Source of the DNA: Octopus bimaculoides
Lineage: Eukaryota
DNA: 64,000 bases
Direction: 5' to 3'
Assembly (NCBI RefSeq): GCF_001194135.2
Contig: NC_068982.1
Span: forward strand, 149,004,360-149,068,359
A model generated the notes under the pieces. That model ran no database searches. It worked only from the letters and a program-made list of their open reading frames with translations, and was not told the origin of the DNA. The translations under genes and the position numbers were made by a program. Positions 1 to 12,150 of this stretch are shown piece by piece; position 1 is the first letter of the stretch; each line of letters opens with the position of its first letter.

Positions 1-379
1 AGAGGAAAGGTATTATATTAGAGAGAGGAAGAAGAAGTAAAAGTGTAAAATGTAACCAAGTTAATCTTTGACTTTGTATGTATCACTTTCTCTCTCTCAC
101 CCTCTCCCTCTTTTACTCTTACTCCCTATAACAACGCCGGTACAGGGAGAAGGGAAGGAATATAAATGTTGCTAGAAACGACAGCCAAATCTCCCTTAAA
201 TCACACAAAGTAAACGGAATTTTAAAAATCTAATTACTGCACTGGAAAGTTCAGATCGAGAAAATTCCATTGATGTAAACATTTTTACGAAAAAGTGGAA
301 AATGTGGATTTCTATAAACTTTCAAAAAGGCTTCACACAAACACACAATTTCAGATTTATATATTAAGATATATATATA

Positions 380-1080
380 CAGGGCATGATGGGTAAATTG
401 TCACCAATTTCTACTTTTAATTTTGCACATGTGCATTGTTTCTTTTTGATTTTGTCAACTACACAGTATAGCAGGGTCAGTTGGGCACTATCTGTGAGAA
501 ACACACCACCATGATGCAATTCACTCTGCCAGAAATTTGTAAACAATATGCTGTACTGCTTGGCATTCACACCGGAAGCTCCAATACAAAGATTTCAGAG
601 TGTTTACAAGCCAGTCTGAGGACAGCGCAATCTGAGGACAGTGCAATCTGAGGACAGAGCAATCTGAGGACATGTACCAAGAGTGATAAAAATCAAACAT
701 CCAGTCAACATCATGGTGTTTGGAGTGATCACAAGTGTTGGAGACATTATGCTTCCATTCATCTTCCTACACGGCCTCAGACTCAACACGGAGGCCTACA
801 TCAAGTGACTGGAGGAGTTAGTGCTGCCTTGTGTCAAGAGGGTGGCTACCAGAAGACCCTATGTCTGGCAACAGGACTCTGCGCCATGACACACAAGCAG
901 GAGAACCCAGTCATGGCTGTCAGACAATTTCTGTGACACACCACATCACCCCTAACATCTGGCCACCTAACTCTTCAGACTGCAAACCCCTTGATTAATA
1001 TGTGTGGAGAGACCAACAAAATTCCTTGTAGCATCAAAGATGAACTGAAGGCAAGAATTATGGCAGCATTGACCAACTTG
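380..1080 (+). mobile_element. Non-autonomous mariner (DD37D/maT-type) deletion derivative, 3' truncated
   Basis: Starts TA-CAGGG...ATGGGTAAATTGTCACC. Decayed transposase C-terminus KHPVNIMVFGVITS...WQQDSAP..TSRRTQSWLSDNF...WPPNSSDCKPLD; about 37 residues between 2nd and 3rd D. Homologous to 18044-18932 and 58750-59622. Confidence 0.85.
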
Positions 1081-1089
1081 ATCAACTAA

Positions 1090-1265
1090 AGGAAGAAGCT
1101 GGTTACCTCAACCCCAGGTACAACTACCACTTATTTCATTCACTCCAAAAAATGCAAGATAAAGTCAACCTTGAAGGAATTTGAATTTCAGAATGCAAAA
1201 GTGGATGAAATGCCACAAAGTATTTTGTTCAGCTTGATAACAATTCTGCTAGCTCACCACCTTAC
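1090..1265 (-). mobile_element. Degenerate SINE family B copy
   Basis: GATAAAGTCAACCTTGAAGGAATTTGAATTTCAGAATG matches the reverse complement of the family B core. Confidence 0.55.
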
Positions 1266-2319
1266 TTGAGAACTAAATATTACCCATTTTTTTCAGGCCC
1301 CAAGTGCATAGTTATATTCAGAACAGCAAAATGACAAGTAATTTATACCTATCATCTAGGCTTACTGATGTATAAAGATTTTAATATAATGTTGCATTTT
1401 TCAATGATAGTGATAGCATATCAAATGTTCATAGAATTACACTGGATATCATATTGATCAATGTCCCATTAAATTCAACAAAATTTTACTCATAACTGTT
1501 GATATGAATTGATCATAAAATAAAATTGATATTGATATCAATGAAACACTGGTTTTGCTTTTATCTAGACAGATATTCATGCAATAAATAAATACTTTCT
1601 TTGTAAAGTATTAACACAATGTATGTCCCACAAAATTACATATGAAACATTGGATGTTTTTGGTTTTATGAAAATTTTAATTGCTGTGTTTCAATTTATT
1701 AAGCTTGCGTTTTTTGGGGGTTTTTTTTGGTTTTTTTCCTGCAGATAAATAATTTTTTTGCTCCTGAATGTCTGTTCAAAACAAAAATTTTAAGAATTTC
1801 ATTTTTTTAAAAAATGCAAAATAAAACGTTTCTGGGGGCTTTAAAGAATCAACTGATAAACAAACTGTCCTGTGACAACACATCCTTGAGTGCATCACTG
1901 AATAAACTGGATAGTAAAACTGAGTACAAATTTATTTAAATATATTGTTATTATCAAAATCAAACTGATAAAAGAATCATAATCATGTAATTTTCCCTCT
2001 GTTGACTTTCCTGCAGGTGCAGCCTACACCAGTGAAGTTCAAAGATGACTTTCAAATTTCAATTTGTATTTTTGTTTAAGACATGATAACCTTTATAGCG
2101 CATTTTATACAGCAATTATACTAAATCTTTCGAAACATTCAATTTTTTTCATATAATACTAATGAAAAATCTCTGCATGAGATATTTTTCTGGAATTTCA
2201 TCATAATTAGGAATAAATATTCTTCACAAGTGTGTACTATACATGGATAAATACTGTACTTCTTTATATTACATGCATTCATGAACAGAATCATGATCAA
2301 ACTTTTGAGCACAAAAAAT

Positions 2320-3410
2320 AGGCACAAGTGTGGCTGTGTGGTAAGAAGTTTACTTCCCAACCACATGGTTCCAGGTTCAGTCTCACTGCATGGCATCTTG
2401 GGCAAATGTCTTTGGTCTGCCTAAGGCAGACCAAAGCCTTGTGAGTAGGTTTGGTAGACAGAAACGGAAAAGAACCCGCCATATATATATGTATGTGTAT
2501 ATATATGTACTATGTATGTCATTCGGTTTTATTTCAAGATTTCTTGCCAATATAGAAAGAAATTCTTAACCTAGATCCAAGGCTCTTTCACTGGAATTTC
2601 AACATCAACAACAGAGTATTTTTGTATGTATGTATGTGTGTATGTGTGTATGTATGTATGCATGTATGTGCAGATTTGTATGTTTGATGTATGTATTCTC
2701 ATACATGTAGTTGCATATCTAGATATGCTCATGTACATTTAAATGATAAACTTCTGGAAAGTTTTACAGATTTTTACAATTCCAGTGATGGACTGGATCT
2801 GTAACCTTTGAATTTACTTTCTCCTTTCTGGTTTTGAGAAGCTTAATTTCACAAGATTGGTATTTAGGCAGTCTGTTACATATCCCAGGGCCCCAACTTG
2901 TAATCTGGATAGAATAACTGTAGATTTCTCAATAGTTCAGCATAGGTGTTCTCTTTTTCACTGATCTTCAGCTTTATGTTAACATCCACTGGGTAGCTAA
3001 TTTCCACAACTGTGCACAGTTTCTCTTCTCAATCCCAAATCATTATATCAGGTCTGTTGTGTTTACATTTTATTGAGGTCTTCACTGAGACATTCCACCA
3101 GTATTCCTTTTTATTATGAGTGGCTATGGCTTCTACCATATTGTGGGTTCTTATTTCTTTGTCCTTGGGATCATGTGTGTATGTATGTATGTGTGCATGT
3201 CTTTGTGCTAGTGTATCTCCTGCCCCAACGTTTGATAACCAGTGTTAGTGTCTATGTCTCCATAACTAGGCAAAAGAGATTGATAGAATAAGTACCAGAC
3301 TTTAAAAAGGAACAGAGAATTGAGATCGATTCATTCAAATAAAGTTCTTCAGAGTGGTGCCCCAGCATGACTGCAGTCTAATGAATAAAATAAGTAAAAA
3401 GAGAAAAAAA
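2320..3410 (+). mobile_element. SINE family A (tRNA-like head, internal microsatellite) interrupted by a LINE fragment
   Basis: Head GGCTGTGTGGTAAG...GGTTCCAGGTTCAGTC...CAAAGCCTTGTGAGT at 2320-2490 and tail GATAGAATAAGTAC...CCCCAGCATG at 3170-3410 match the intact copies at 9911 and 49699. Confidence 0.75.
2510..3130 (-). mobile_element. R4-clade (RLE) LINE 3' fragment
   Basis: Minus strand translates KHNRPDIMIWD..KLCTVVEISYPVDVNIKLKISEKENTYAELLRNLQLFYPDYK (restriction-like endonuclease PD motif); same family as 31700-32100. Confidence 0.7.
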
Positions 3411-3879
3411 TAGTCTGATAAGCTAGTTAATGGTTACTTTTTCAAAGGTTTTCTCTGGCTTGCTTTTATCACAGAAACCAAGATCATAAGTAATATTTTG
3501 GGATTTGTTTTTCAAAATCAGTTAAACAAATGTTTATTTATAAACTGCAGATTCATTTGTAATGAACAAATAAAAATTGTACACTGATAATTATAAATGC
3601 ATCAGCAAAAACAACAAACGAGTTTATATTGCGTCTAATTTGTTGCTAAGGATTCTAAATTTAATGACCAGAAACCCTTCAGCAAACCAAACAGTGTTTT
3701 TAAAATAGGGTTCAATTATTTATTTCTAAATCTTTGGAAGCTATGTTAATAGTATAGTTGGGATCGGTATGGTTGAAATCACTGATTGAAATGCTTTAAT
3801 CTTTTGCATAGCCACTATAAAATTGTCTTCAGCTGAGATTACCAAAAGCATTTAAGACCACCACCAACAACAACAGCAC

Positions 3880-4600
3880 TTGCCCTTACCTCTCCAACAC
3901 CACCCTCCTCACCAACATCCATCACCGACCCTATCACATCACCGACTCCTTAACCTGCACTTCCACTAACATTATCTATTGTATCTCCTGCTCTCTCTGC
4001 CATTCTCTGTATATCGGACAAACGGGGCGCCGCCTGGCCAACGGATTCGCAGAACACCTCCGAGACATCAACGTTGGCAATAACACCCCGGCTCTCCTGT
4101 GTAAACTTTCCAAACTTCCGGTCAGCAGAAGCAATGATAGATCGTTGACCAAACACCATTCAACNNNNNNNNNNNNNNNNNNNNNNNNNNNNNNNNNNNN
4201 NNNNNNNNNNNNNNNNNNNNNNNAACCTGCACTTCCACTAACATTATCTATTGTATCTCCTGCTCTCTCTGCCATTCTCTGTACATCGGACAAACGGGGC
4301 GCCGCCTGGCCAACGGATTCGCAGAACACCTCCGAGACATCAACGTTGGCAATAACACCCCGGCTCTCCTGTGTAAACTTTCCAAACTTCCGGTCAGCAG
4401 AAGCAATGATAGATCGTTGACCAAACACCATTCAACTTTTTTTCTCCATGTTTTTCTCCTTGTTTTCTCCGTATTCTTTCCGTTGAAGAGCATAGCTCGA
4501 AACGTTAAAGACTTTCCGTATTCCCGAGCATCATACTAATACATCCTTTTGTTATTTACACCATCTGTCCTCGTCTGTTGTTGTTTTTTTTTTCGTACAT
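3880..4600 (+). mobile_element. Penelope-like element 3' fragment (GIY-YIG endonuclease plus terminal region)
   Basis: Plus strand translates TCTSTNIIYCISCSLCHSLYIGQTGRRLANGFAEHLRDI (IIY...YIG). Followed by TGAAGAGCATAGCTCGAAACG terminus. Segment 3953-4164 is repeated at 4224-4434 across an N gap. Confidence 0.8.
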
Positions 4601-4609
4601 TTTCCCTCC

Positions 4610-4640
<31 letters not shown>

Positions 4641-4654
4641 ATATATATATATTT

Positions 4655-4812
4655 CACTCTTGGAGTGGTTGGCATTAGGAAGGGCATCCAGTCATAGAAA
4701 CCTTGCCAAATCAGATCAGAACCTGGAGCATCCCACCGGCTTATCAGTTTTTAGTCAAGCCGGTCAACCCATACCAGCATGGAAAGAGGACGTTAAATGA
4801 TAATGATGATAG
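4655..4812 (+). mobile_element. SINE family C 3' part with (GAT)n tail
   Basis: GAGTGGTTGGCATTAGGAAGGGCATCCAG...CCAGCATGGAAAGAGGACGTTAAATGATAATGATGAT. Confidence 0.8.
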
Positions 4813-6243
4813 TTGATCAATTTTTCATACAACTGTTGAGTCTATTCCACACACACATGTGATTGTGAGCGTGTGTATGTGTGTGAGTGAGTGAGTGAGT
4901 GAGTGAATGTGCGCGTGCGCGCGCGTGCATGCACGCGAATGTATCAATCTGCATTCATGCTTATAATAAATGATAGAATTTGCATGTTATGCAATACATG
5001 TGTTAATACCTATAGAATTTTAGCAGTAGAACGGCTGATTTGATGGTATATCTGCCTGGATACCTGGCTTTGAAGTCACATGCCAGTATTCTACTACATG
5101 TATTTTATGTGAAGACACTTAACTAGTTTTGGCTTCTCATCTGTTTAAAAGTATCATTATTCAGCCCCGGTGATATAACACTGGCAACTGACTAATGATT
5201 GGTTAAGCATTTAGCAATGCAGTCTACATTATTTTTCTTCATTCACGTTCAAATGAATAGTTTTAGTATTTCCAATGGTCAAATATCAGTAGGCAATATA
5301 TTGATAGCCCTTATACATAAGTTACTGACAAAATACTTTTAGCTTTCATCCAGAACGAAGGTGACTAATCATAAACACTATTTCATCCTGAATCTTTAAA
5401 TCTTAAAGTTATGATTATATTGGAGAATGCATAGAATTTTCCTTAAATGTGTATGATATGTAATGCATAAAACATGCTGAAGCTGCACTCATATGCTATA
5501 AGTTGAAGTACAATAGCTAGGAAGTTAAAGTTGTGTACTACTGATCACATGTTTGGCCATTTATTGAAACCTAACTTCAAACACTAGGTTGTCTCTCTTG
5601 ACAAAACAATTAACTCTGCTTACCTCTATATTGCTTGGCTGTCAATATATTTCATTTTAACTTCATAGCTGAGTTATGGTTAGCAGCTGGTAGGTTAATA
5701 ACATCCGTCAGTAATCACAATTGTTCCAACTGAAATAGTCTTAGTCATGTTAACACTAGTTTTATAGTCATCACTCTTTTGTGACAAAAAGACAGAAACT
5801 TTAATTTAGATTTAAATTTTTTCATTTAAAATGCTATCTTTCATATAATATATAGTCTGTTTAAATATAAAGTCTTTGAAAGAATTATCAACTTAATAAC
5901 TCTGTTTTTAATGTTACAAAAAGTAAATATTATATTAGAAAGCTTTTAAATTGAATAAATTATAGAAATTTTGGGGAAGGCTTAAGAAACATTTTCATAT
6001 TGTTTAGTTAAAAGCATTTATTTTAGTTAAAAGCATTTATTTTAGAAATATTTTATTTCATATTCTATAAACTTTGTATATACATTGTATGATATTTACA
6101 TTTACTCAGATGACTTCTCTTTAAACAACATTTTTAGTTAAGATTCTGTCTTCATCATCATTCTGGTTGTGCAGTTAAATTCTCTTTGATCAGCAAATAT
6201 TCTCAGGTTTGTTGACTGGCAGCAATTTTCTGTGCATGTTACC

Positions 6244-6325
6244 ATCTTCCAACTCCATTGTTTTGCATTGGAAGAGAGCAACGACGTTCTCAGTTAAGAT
6301 TCTGCGAACAGTGGGGTTGGAAGAT
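6244..6325 (+). ncRNA. Candidate structured RNA hairpin (pre-miRNA-like), unverified
   Basis: 6244-6267 pairs with 6303-6325: about 23 bp, one bulge, three G-U pairs on the plus strand; inner stem GAGAGC/GTTCTC. Confidence 0.3.
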
Positions 6326-6738
6326 ACAGCCCATACATCTCTAAACTTAGTTCTTGATATTTATTTATGAGCATAACAAAAGCAGGCTTTATAACAAATT
6401 GTATTTTTTTCAGATTGAACACTAAATCAGTGTTAGTTGAACCATTAACACTTTCCAAGCATCAACATGACTGAGTTTGCTTACTCTCACGAAATTATCA
6501 GCAGCACTGATAACCATAAATCAATTACCAGCGCAGTGATCGTTTTTATGGTCTAAGTCTTGGAGAGGCATTACTGGAACTCCTATCTGTGTTTTCATTA
6601 TGTGAATAGGGCTTATATCTAGTGACTTCAAAAAATTTAGTGAAATAATGAATAACTTGGTTTTCTTCTGCTACTGAATCTACACCTCTTAGAGTAATCA
6701 TATTTCAGGAATCATATTCATAATTTGATCATTTTGTC

Positions 6739-6988
6739 CAATGGTTCTCAATTGGGGTCCACATGACCCTTGGTAGAAGGGTCCATTGAAGAGTTTGTTG
6801 TTAAAATTTATGTGCAATGAACTGGTTATACTTCTATAATACAAAAATATTTTAACAATTTTTTTTATACAATTCTTAATAATATTCAATTATAAAAATA
6901 TAACAACTTTTTTAAACATCAAATGCTATGGAAGTCCACTCAAGTAAAATAAGTATCAAAGAATCCAGAGAATAGTTGAGAACCTCTG
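6739..6988. mobile_element. hAT-type MITE
   Basis: Termini CAATGGTTCTCAA / TTGAGAACCTCTG; 8-bp flanks ATTTTGTC / ATTTAGTT (6 of 8 identical); AT-rich non-coding interior. Confidence 0.65.
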
Positions 6989-7520
6989 ATTTAGTTAATT
7001 CACTTAGATGTTTTATGATATACGAATAGGTCTCAAATATATCCATTCTTCATTTTAGTAATGTGTTTCTAGATCAGCATAATAAATGGAACCAAATCTT
7101 TCTTGGAATTTCACTGTTGGGAAGCATGGAATTATAATGATGTCTGGGAAAGATGTGTCGGTATTAACAATATCTGAAATCCTTCCTTCCCCCACTTCCA
7201 ACAACCAGTTTATTTAAATGCAGCAAACAATTGAGAATTATCATATTTGCATGGATTTGCAAACTTAGCATCAACTCCAAATGTATGAATCAATTACCAA
7301 AAATTTTAAGCTTTATGGACTGGAAAAATTTGCCAAAAATCTCCATTGAGCATCTTATAGTTTTACTCAAAGAAGTTGATCTTTGTTCATTACATCTTGG
7401 AAGTGTGCAGTTCAAAGCTTTGAGATGTCAGAGACACATTGGGGTTTCATTATACACCAATGGCTTGGGCATTTTTTAGAAGGTGACCAATTGCATCATG
7501 AGGAGATATTACTGGTTGAT

Positions 7521-7708
7521 TGTTATGTCACAACGCTACTGCTATCTAGCACCTTCGGATGATCTCTATTCAACCACTACACAACTGCTACTCGACTGCT
7601 TCTCAACTGCTACTCAACCGCTATGCAACACTCCTACCATGGCCAGACTACCTCTATTTATATGTCTTGGGAGATCCTACTTCTTCGCCTGGGGGCGTCG
7701 ACACAACA
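7521..7708 (-). mobile_element. Solo LTR, 188 bp
   Basis: Termini TGTTATGTC...GACACAACA (8/9 inverted match, TG...CA). Exact 5-bp TSD TTGAT at 7516-7520 and 7709-7713. TATAAATA on the minus strand. Confidence 0.7.
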
Positions 7709-7788
7709 TTGATTTAGATTGTACCAGAAAGGAAAACTTGAAATGAGAATAGGCAGTCCCTTTATGTTGTAATAATGATACTGTAACA

Positions 7789-8002
7789 AGGCGGCGAGCT
7801 GGCAGAAACATTAACACACCAAGCAAAATGCTTAGCGGTATTTCGTTTGTCTTTACGTTCTGAGTTCAAATTCCGCTGAGGTCGACTTTGCCTTTCATCC
7901 TTTTGGGGTCGATAAATTAAGTACCAGTTGCATACTGAGGTCTGTCCAATCGACTACCACCCTCCTCAAAAATTATGGGCCTTGTGCTTTGAGTAGAAAG
8001 GT
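7789..8002 (+). mobile_element. SINE family B, full copy
   Basis: AGGCGGCGAGCTGGCAGAA...GTTCAAATTCC...CTTTGCCTTTCATCC...GTCGATAAATTAAGTACC; flanked by 17-bp TSD ATAATGATACTGTAACA (7772-7788, 8003-8019). Confidence 0.9.
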
Positions 8003-8136
8003 ATAATGATACTGTAACATTTGGTGAAGCTGTAGCAAGCACAATTTAATCATGTTTGCAAACATAGGGAAGTAGGAAGTTCAACAGGTAAGCTTTGCCT
8101 TTTACTCCAGTATCATCAATAATTATCAGGTTACTT

Positions 8137-8375
8137 TCATAATTTCTGGGGGGTTTTTTTCTTTGACTCAGAAACAACCTTCCGTTCTTTATTGAATATA
8201 TTTATGCAATCATTGGAATCATTGACTGAAGAATCTATTTCATCTGGATTAAGAGGCACATTTTGTTGGTGGTGGTCTACAGCTGGCAAATCATAATAAA
8301 GTCTTAAGTGGTTATCTACACAAATGTCACTAATGGTGCCTTTTGTTGCAACTTCAATGGTCCATTGTGCTTCTC
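8137..8375 (-). CDS. Candidate terminal coding exon of an unidentified gene
   Basis: Acceptor ttttacattgcag, then 2 nt, 78 sense codons and TGA: EAQWTIEVATKGTISDICVDNHLRLYYDLPAVDHHQQ...KKKTPQKL*. Non-repetitive composition; no homology recognised. Confidence 0.3.
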
Positions 8376-9910
8376 CTGCAATGTAAAAATTATCAATAAG
8401 ATTGTTTCAAAAGATGTGGCATACATTTAAAATCTCAGACAAAAGACAAAATAAAATCAAGAATTGTATTGATTAAATTTCTGAGCTGGTCTGAAGACTC
8501 AGTCAATGCTGTTCCATTCATACATATTTACCATTCTGTCATTTTCAAGAAGATTTAATACTTGATAAGCATAATCAAAACTTTTGCAGTTTGTATACGA
8601 TACAAACCCTTATGCAAATTCTCAAATTGTGTAACTCTAGCTTTGTGATAAAGTAGTGTCAAATAGAAGAGTTCTCCCTACAATGGATGGACAGTGTATA
8701 CTCTATTTATCATCACTGCTGTCCCTTCAGGTTATCTAGTTCTTCTTCGCTAAATCTTATTTAATGACTATCATGATTAATGCTCAGGAAAGCTGCAATA
8801 TAGGATGTTTCTTGCTTTCGGATCTTTGACAATTTTATAGAAATAAGATTTTAGTTTAGTTGTCTGAGATTGTTTAAGGACATTTTCTGCATTGTTTAGC
8901 TCAAAAATTATTTGTTGGTTTGGCACATGAATCTGAAGATATTTTACTAAAGGATTTGTTTGCTGAATGAAGAATATGAAAAGTCTCCATCCTGATTCAG
9001 ATCAAGGTACTTGCAATTTTTCTCTTCAATAATCTCAGCTCACTGGCTTGCATCACTGATAACAAATAGAATTTGCTTTCTTTCTAGCAAGATTGTAGAA
9101 AGGTTTGCATCTTTGAATATATATTTTCCTGATCTTTGACATTCAATATTGGTGTAAACTTCCAATTTTTTAAGCAATCAAGCATTGTAATTGTAAGGAA
9201 CCATGAGTCAGTCATCCATGTCAACATCTCTGTTTCCAGTAGCACAGTAGCAGTATAACCACCTTTACCAGAACTTAACCAACAAGACAGTGGTTAACGG
9301 TCATCACCACTTAATATTTATAAGCAAAACTCATGGGAAAATTCAACCATTCATTTAACATGCAAGGTTGCATTCAGTTTACCATAGAATTGAATTTCTG
9401 CTTTCCATGAGTTTGAAATCTTTTAGTTATCACCTCTTCAGTCTGAAAATACATGCAGTTTTATAAGGACAATCTAAGCCATTTGAGCTTAATTAAGTTT
9501 TCATGTAATTTTCTCCATTTTTGATTGCAGGTATATGTCACAAATAAAATTGGTTTCTTCAAATTTCCTTATGACAATCATCACACCTTGGATGTACTTT
9601 GCCCTGTATCTTGGATTACTTGAAAATGTGTTGCTGAAGCTATTAATAATAAGAGTTGAATTTAATGCATGCAAGATTTCACAGCTCTAGCATCACTCCT
9701 TCATAATCAACCTATGAACTTTTCAGCCTGTCTTCATAATACAAATTATATAATAGTAATTCTAACTGCAACAATAAAGACAACAAATGAGCTTATACAC
9801 GTTTTTAAATATTATAGTTGCCGAGCATTCTAAATTTAACAAACTGAAAATCTTCAATATGCCTAATATCATTTCCAAAATAGGGACAGCTTTTAATTTC
9901 TAAATCTTAA

Positions 9911-10310
9911 GAAGTAGGAGTGGTTGTGTGGTAAGTAGCTTGCTTACAAACCACATGGTTCCGGGTTCAGTCCCACTGCATGGCATCTTGGGCAAGTGTC
10001 TTCTATTATAGCCTCGGGCTGACCAAAGCCTTGTGAGTGGATTTGGTAGACAGAAACTGAAAGAAGCCCGTCGTATATATGTATATATATATGTGTGTGT
10101 TTGTGTGTCTGTGTTTGTCCCCCTAGCATTGCTTGACAACCGATGCTGGTGTGTTTATGTCCCCATCACTTAGCGGTTCGGCAAAATAGACCGATAGAAT
10201 AAGTACTGGGCTTACAAAGAATAAGTCCCAGGGTTGATTTGCTCGACTAAAGGTGGTGCCCCAGCATGGCCGCAGTCAAATGACTGAAACAAGTAAAAGA
10301 GTAAAAGAGT
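9911..10310 (+). mobile_element. SINE family A, full copy
   Basis: tRNA-like head with GGTTCCGGGTTCAGTCCC, internal (TA/TG)n, tail GAAACAAGTAAAAGAGTAAAAGAGT. Confidence 0.9.
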
Positions 10311-11094
10311 AAGCCATGTTAACAGTACAGATGGGATGGACATGGTTGGAAACTCTGGTCTTCATGAAATAGCATCTTCAATAGAAATTAACAGACTTAC
10401 TTCAAACAATCTAAAATACCCTTGAAAATATTGTTTACTTCTCTTGGTGTTGAGTTGCAGATGTTACAGCAAGTGATAATGAGTAATCACAGAATAAGGG
10501 GGAAAAAATAAACTAAAAATTAAAAATATTATACTCTATTTGCTAATTGAATGTTGTCAGTGATTGAAGAATTTATTTATTTACTTCGTTTTTTGTCTTT
10601 TCCTATTCTCTATTTTGGTATCAATTTAGGAAGACATTTAGGAAGTTTTCACTTTTCTTCCCCTTCAAAACTGATTTTCATAAATGAAGAGTTTGCTGCC
10701 ACAATAGCTGAGATGTAATTTGAGTTGTATGATAAATTTAGAATTTTTATGGTTTCCTAATTGTATTATAACACATAATATGATAAAGTCATACTTTATA
10801 GCTCATATAGCTTGATTTGTTGTGATTTAGTCTCATATTAATTATATTCTATTATAATTTATTAAGCATTAATTTGAGGTATTTCTGATTATATGTGCCT
10901 TGTGTATTTTTAAAATATGATGGAACATACTCAGCTCTCTATATTGAATAACAGTTTCAATTTATTCAGAAATGGATTCGGCCTCTATTCTTGCATTTTG
11001 TAGCTTATGTAATTTATTTAAGTTCAGCATTAAAATGGATTTGAACTATTGGTCTGTAGGTTTAGTATAGTAACTAATAAATATAAAAACAGCT

Positions 11095-12150
11095 GTTTGA
11101 ACCACTGCATCAGTTGCATCACTCAATAATTCTTTCTAATTTTGGCACAAAGCCAGCAATTTTGAGGGAAGAAAGTAAGTCAATTACATTGACTCCAGTA
11201 TATATCTGGTACATATTTTATCACCTCTGAAAAGATGAAAAGTAAAGTCGATCTCAGTGGAATTTGAAGTCAGAATATAATGATTCAGAAAAAATTCCAC
11301 AAAGAAATATCACTAGTCATTCTGCCTGCTCTGCCTTTACCCAACACAACAATAAAGTAATATTTTCTGGTATTAGCACTTGTGCTCAATCATATAATTT
11401 CCTCTTAAGTATATATAACATGAAATAAAATACAATTTTTTCAACAATATTTTTATAATCTTTTACCTGTCTATATTATAATCCTTTCAATTGTAAGCAC
11501 AAAGGCCTGAAATTTGGGGAAAGGTAGGTAGTTAATTACTTCAACTCCAATGCTCAACAGGTAATTATTTCATCAACCCTAAAAAGATGAAAGGCAAAAT
11601 TTACCTCAGTAACATCTGAACTAAAAATATAATGATTGGAAAACAGAAAAAATGTTGCTAAGCATTTTGTCCAATTCTGTCAACCCACCACTACCTCATG
11701 ATGTTTCTCTGTCTGTCCATCCATCAACAACACATCTATCCTATGCTCAGATCAAGATAATTTTCAAATAATTTATTTTTCTTATCTTTTAGGGAGACAT
11801 TTCCCATGACATCATTATCAGGCACCTTGGATGAGAGTTGATGGTGTTAGAATGGGTAATGGATTAAATCTACTACTCAAGTTGACTGTAGTATGACTTG
11901 AACTCAGAAGGCAGCCAGACAGGATTTCAACTGCGGTATGATTTGAAATTAGAAGGAAACCAGATGGGATTAATACTGTAAGGTATTTAGCCCTTCATTC
12001 ATCAGTTCCACTAATTCACTGCCTTGTGCTGGTAGTTCATTTATCAAAGCTGATAGGATGAAAGGTGAAAATTAACCTTGGCAGGATTTGAAATCAGAGT
12101 GCAGAAAGTCAGAACAAATACTGTATGGTATTCTATTTGACAGTTTAACA
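11095..12150 (-). mobile_element. Cluster of degenerate SINE family B copies
   Basis: Repeated reverse-complement cores (AAAGATGAAAAGTAAAGTCGATCTC, AAAGATGAAAGGCAAAA, GGATGAAAGGTGAAAATTAACCTTGG). Confidence 0.6.

Noticed and set aside
615-672. CRISPR-like appearance of short repeats (also 19270-19395)
   Set aside because: Head-to-tail tandem units with no spacers, in a eukaryotic context with no cas genes.
3953-4434. Tandem duplication of the Penelope fragment and ORFs 3950-4159, 3976-4431, 4248-4493
   Set aside because: The two copies are nearly identical and flank an N gap, so unmerged contig overlap is likely; the ORFs are antisense to GIY-YIG.
6190-6345. Minus-strand 50-codon frame DVWAVSSNPTVRRILTENVV...
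   Set aside because: Bounded by in-frame stops; better explained by the GC-richer hairpin on the plus strand.
2017-9620. Plus-strand terminal-exon candidates after acceptors at about 2017, 6414 and 9531 (also about 21643)
   Set aside because: Short open frames expected by chance; no homology or phase-linked partners.
9911-9990. tRNA-like A/B boxes
   Set aside because: SINE heads without a cloverleaf; no tRNA, rRNA or snRNA gene was recognised in the window.
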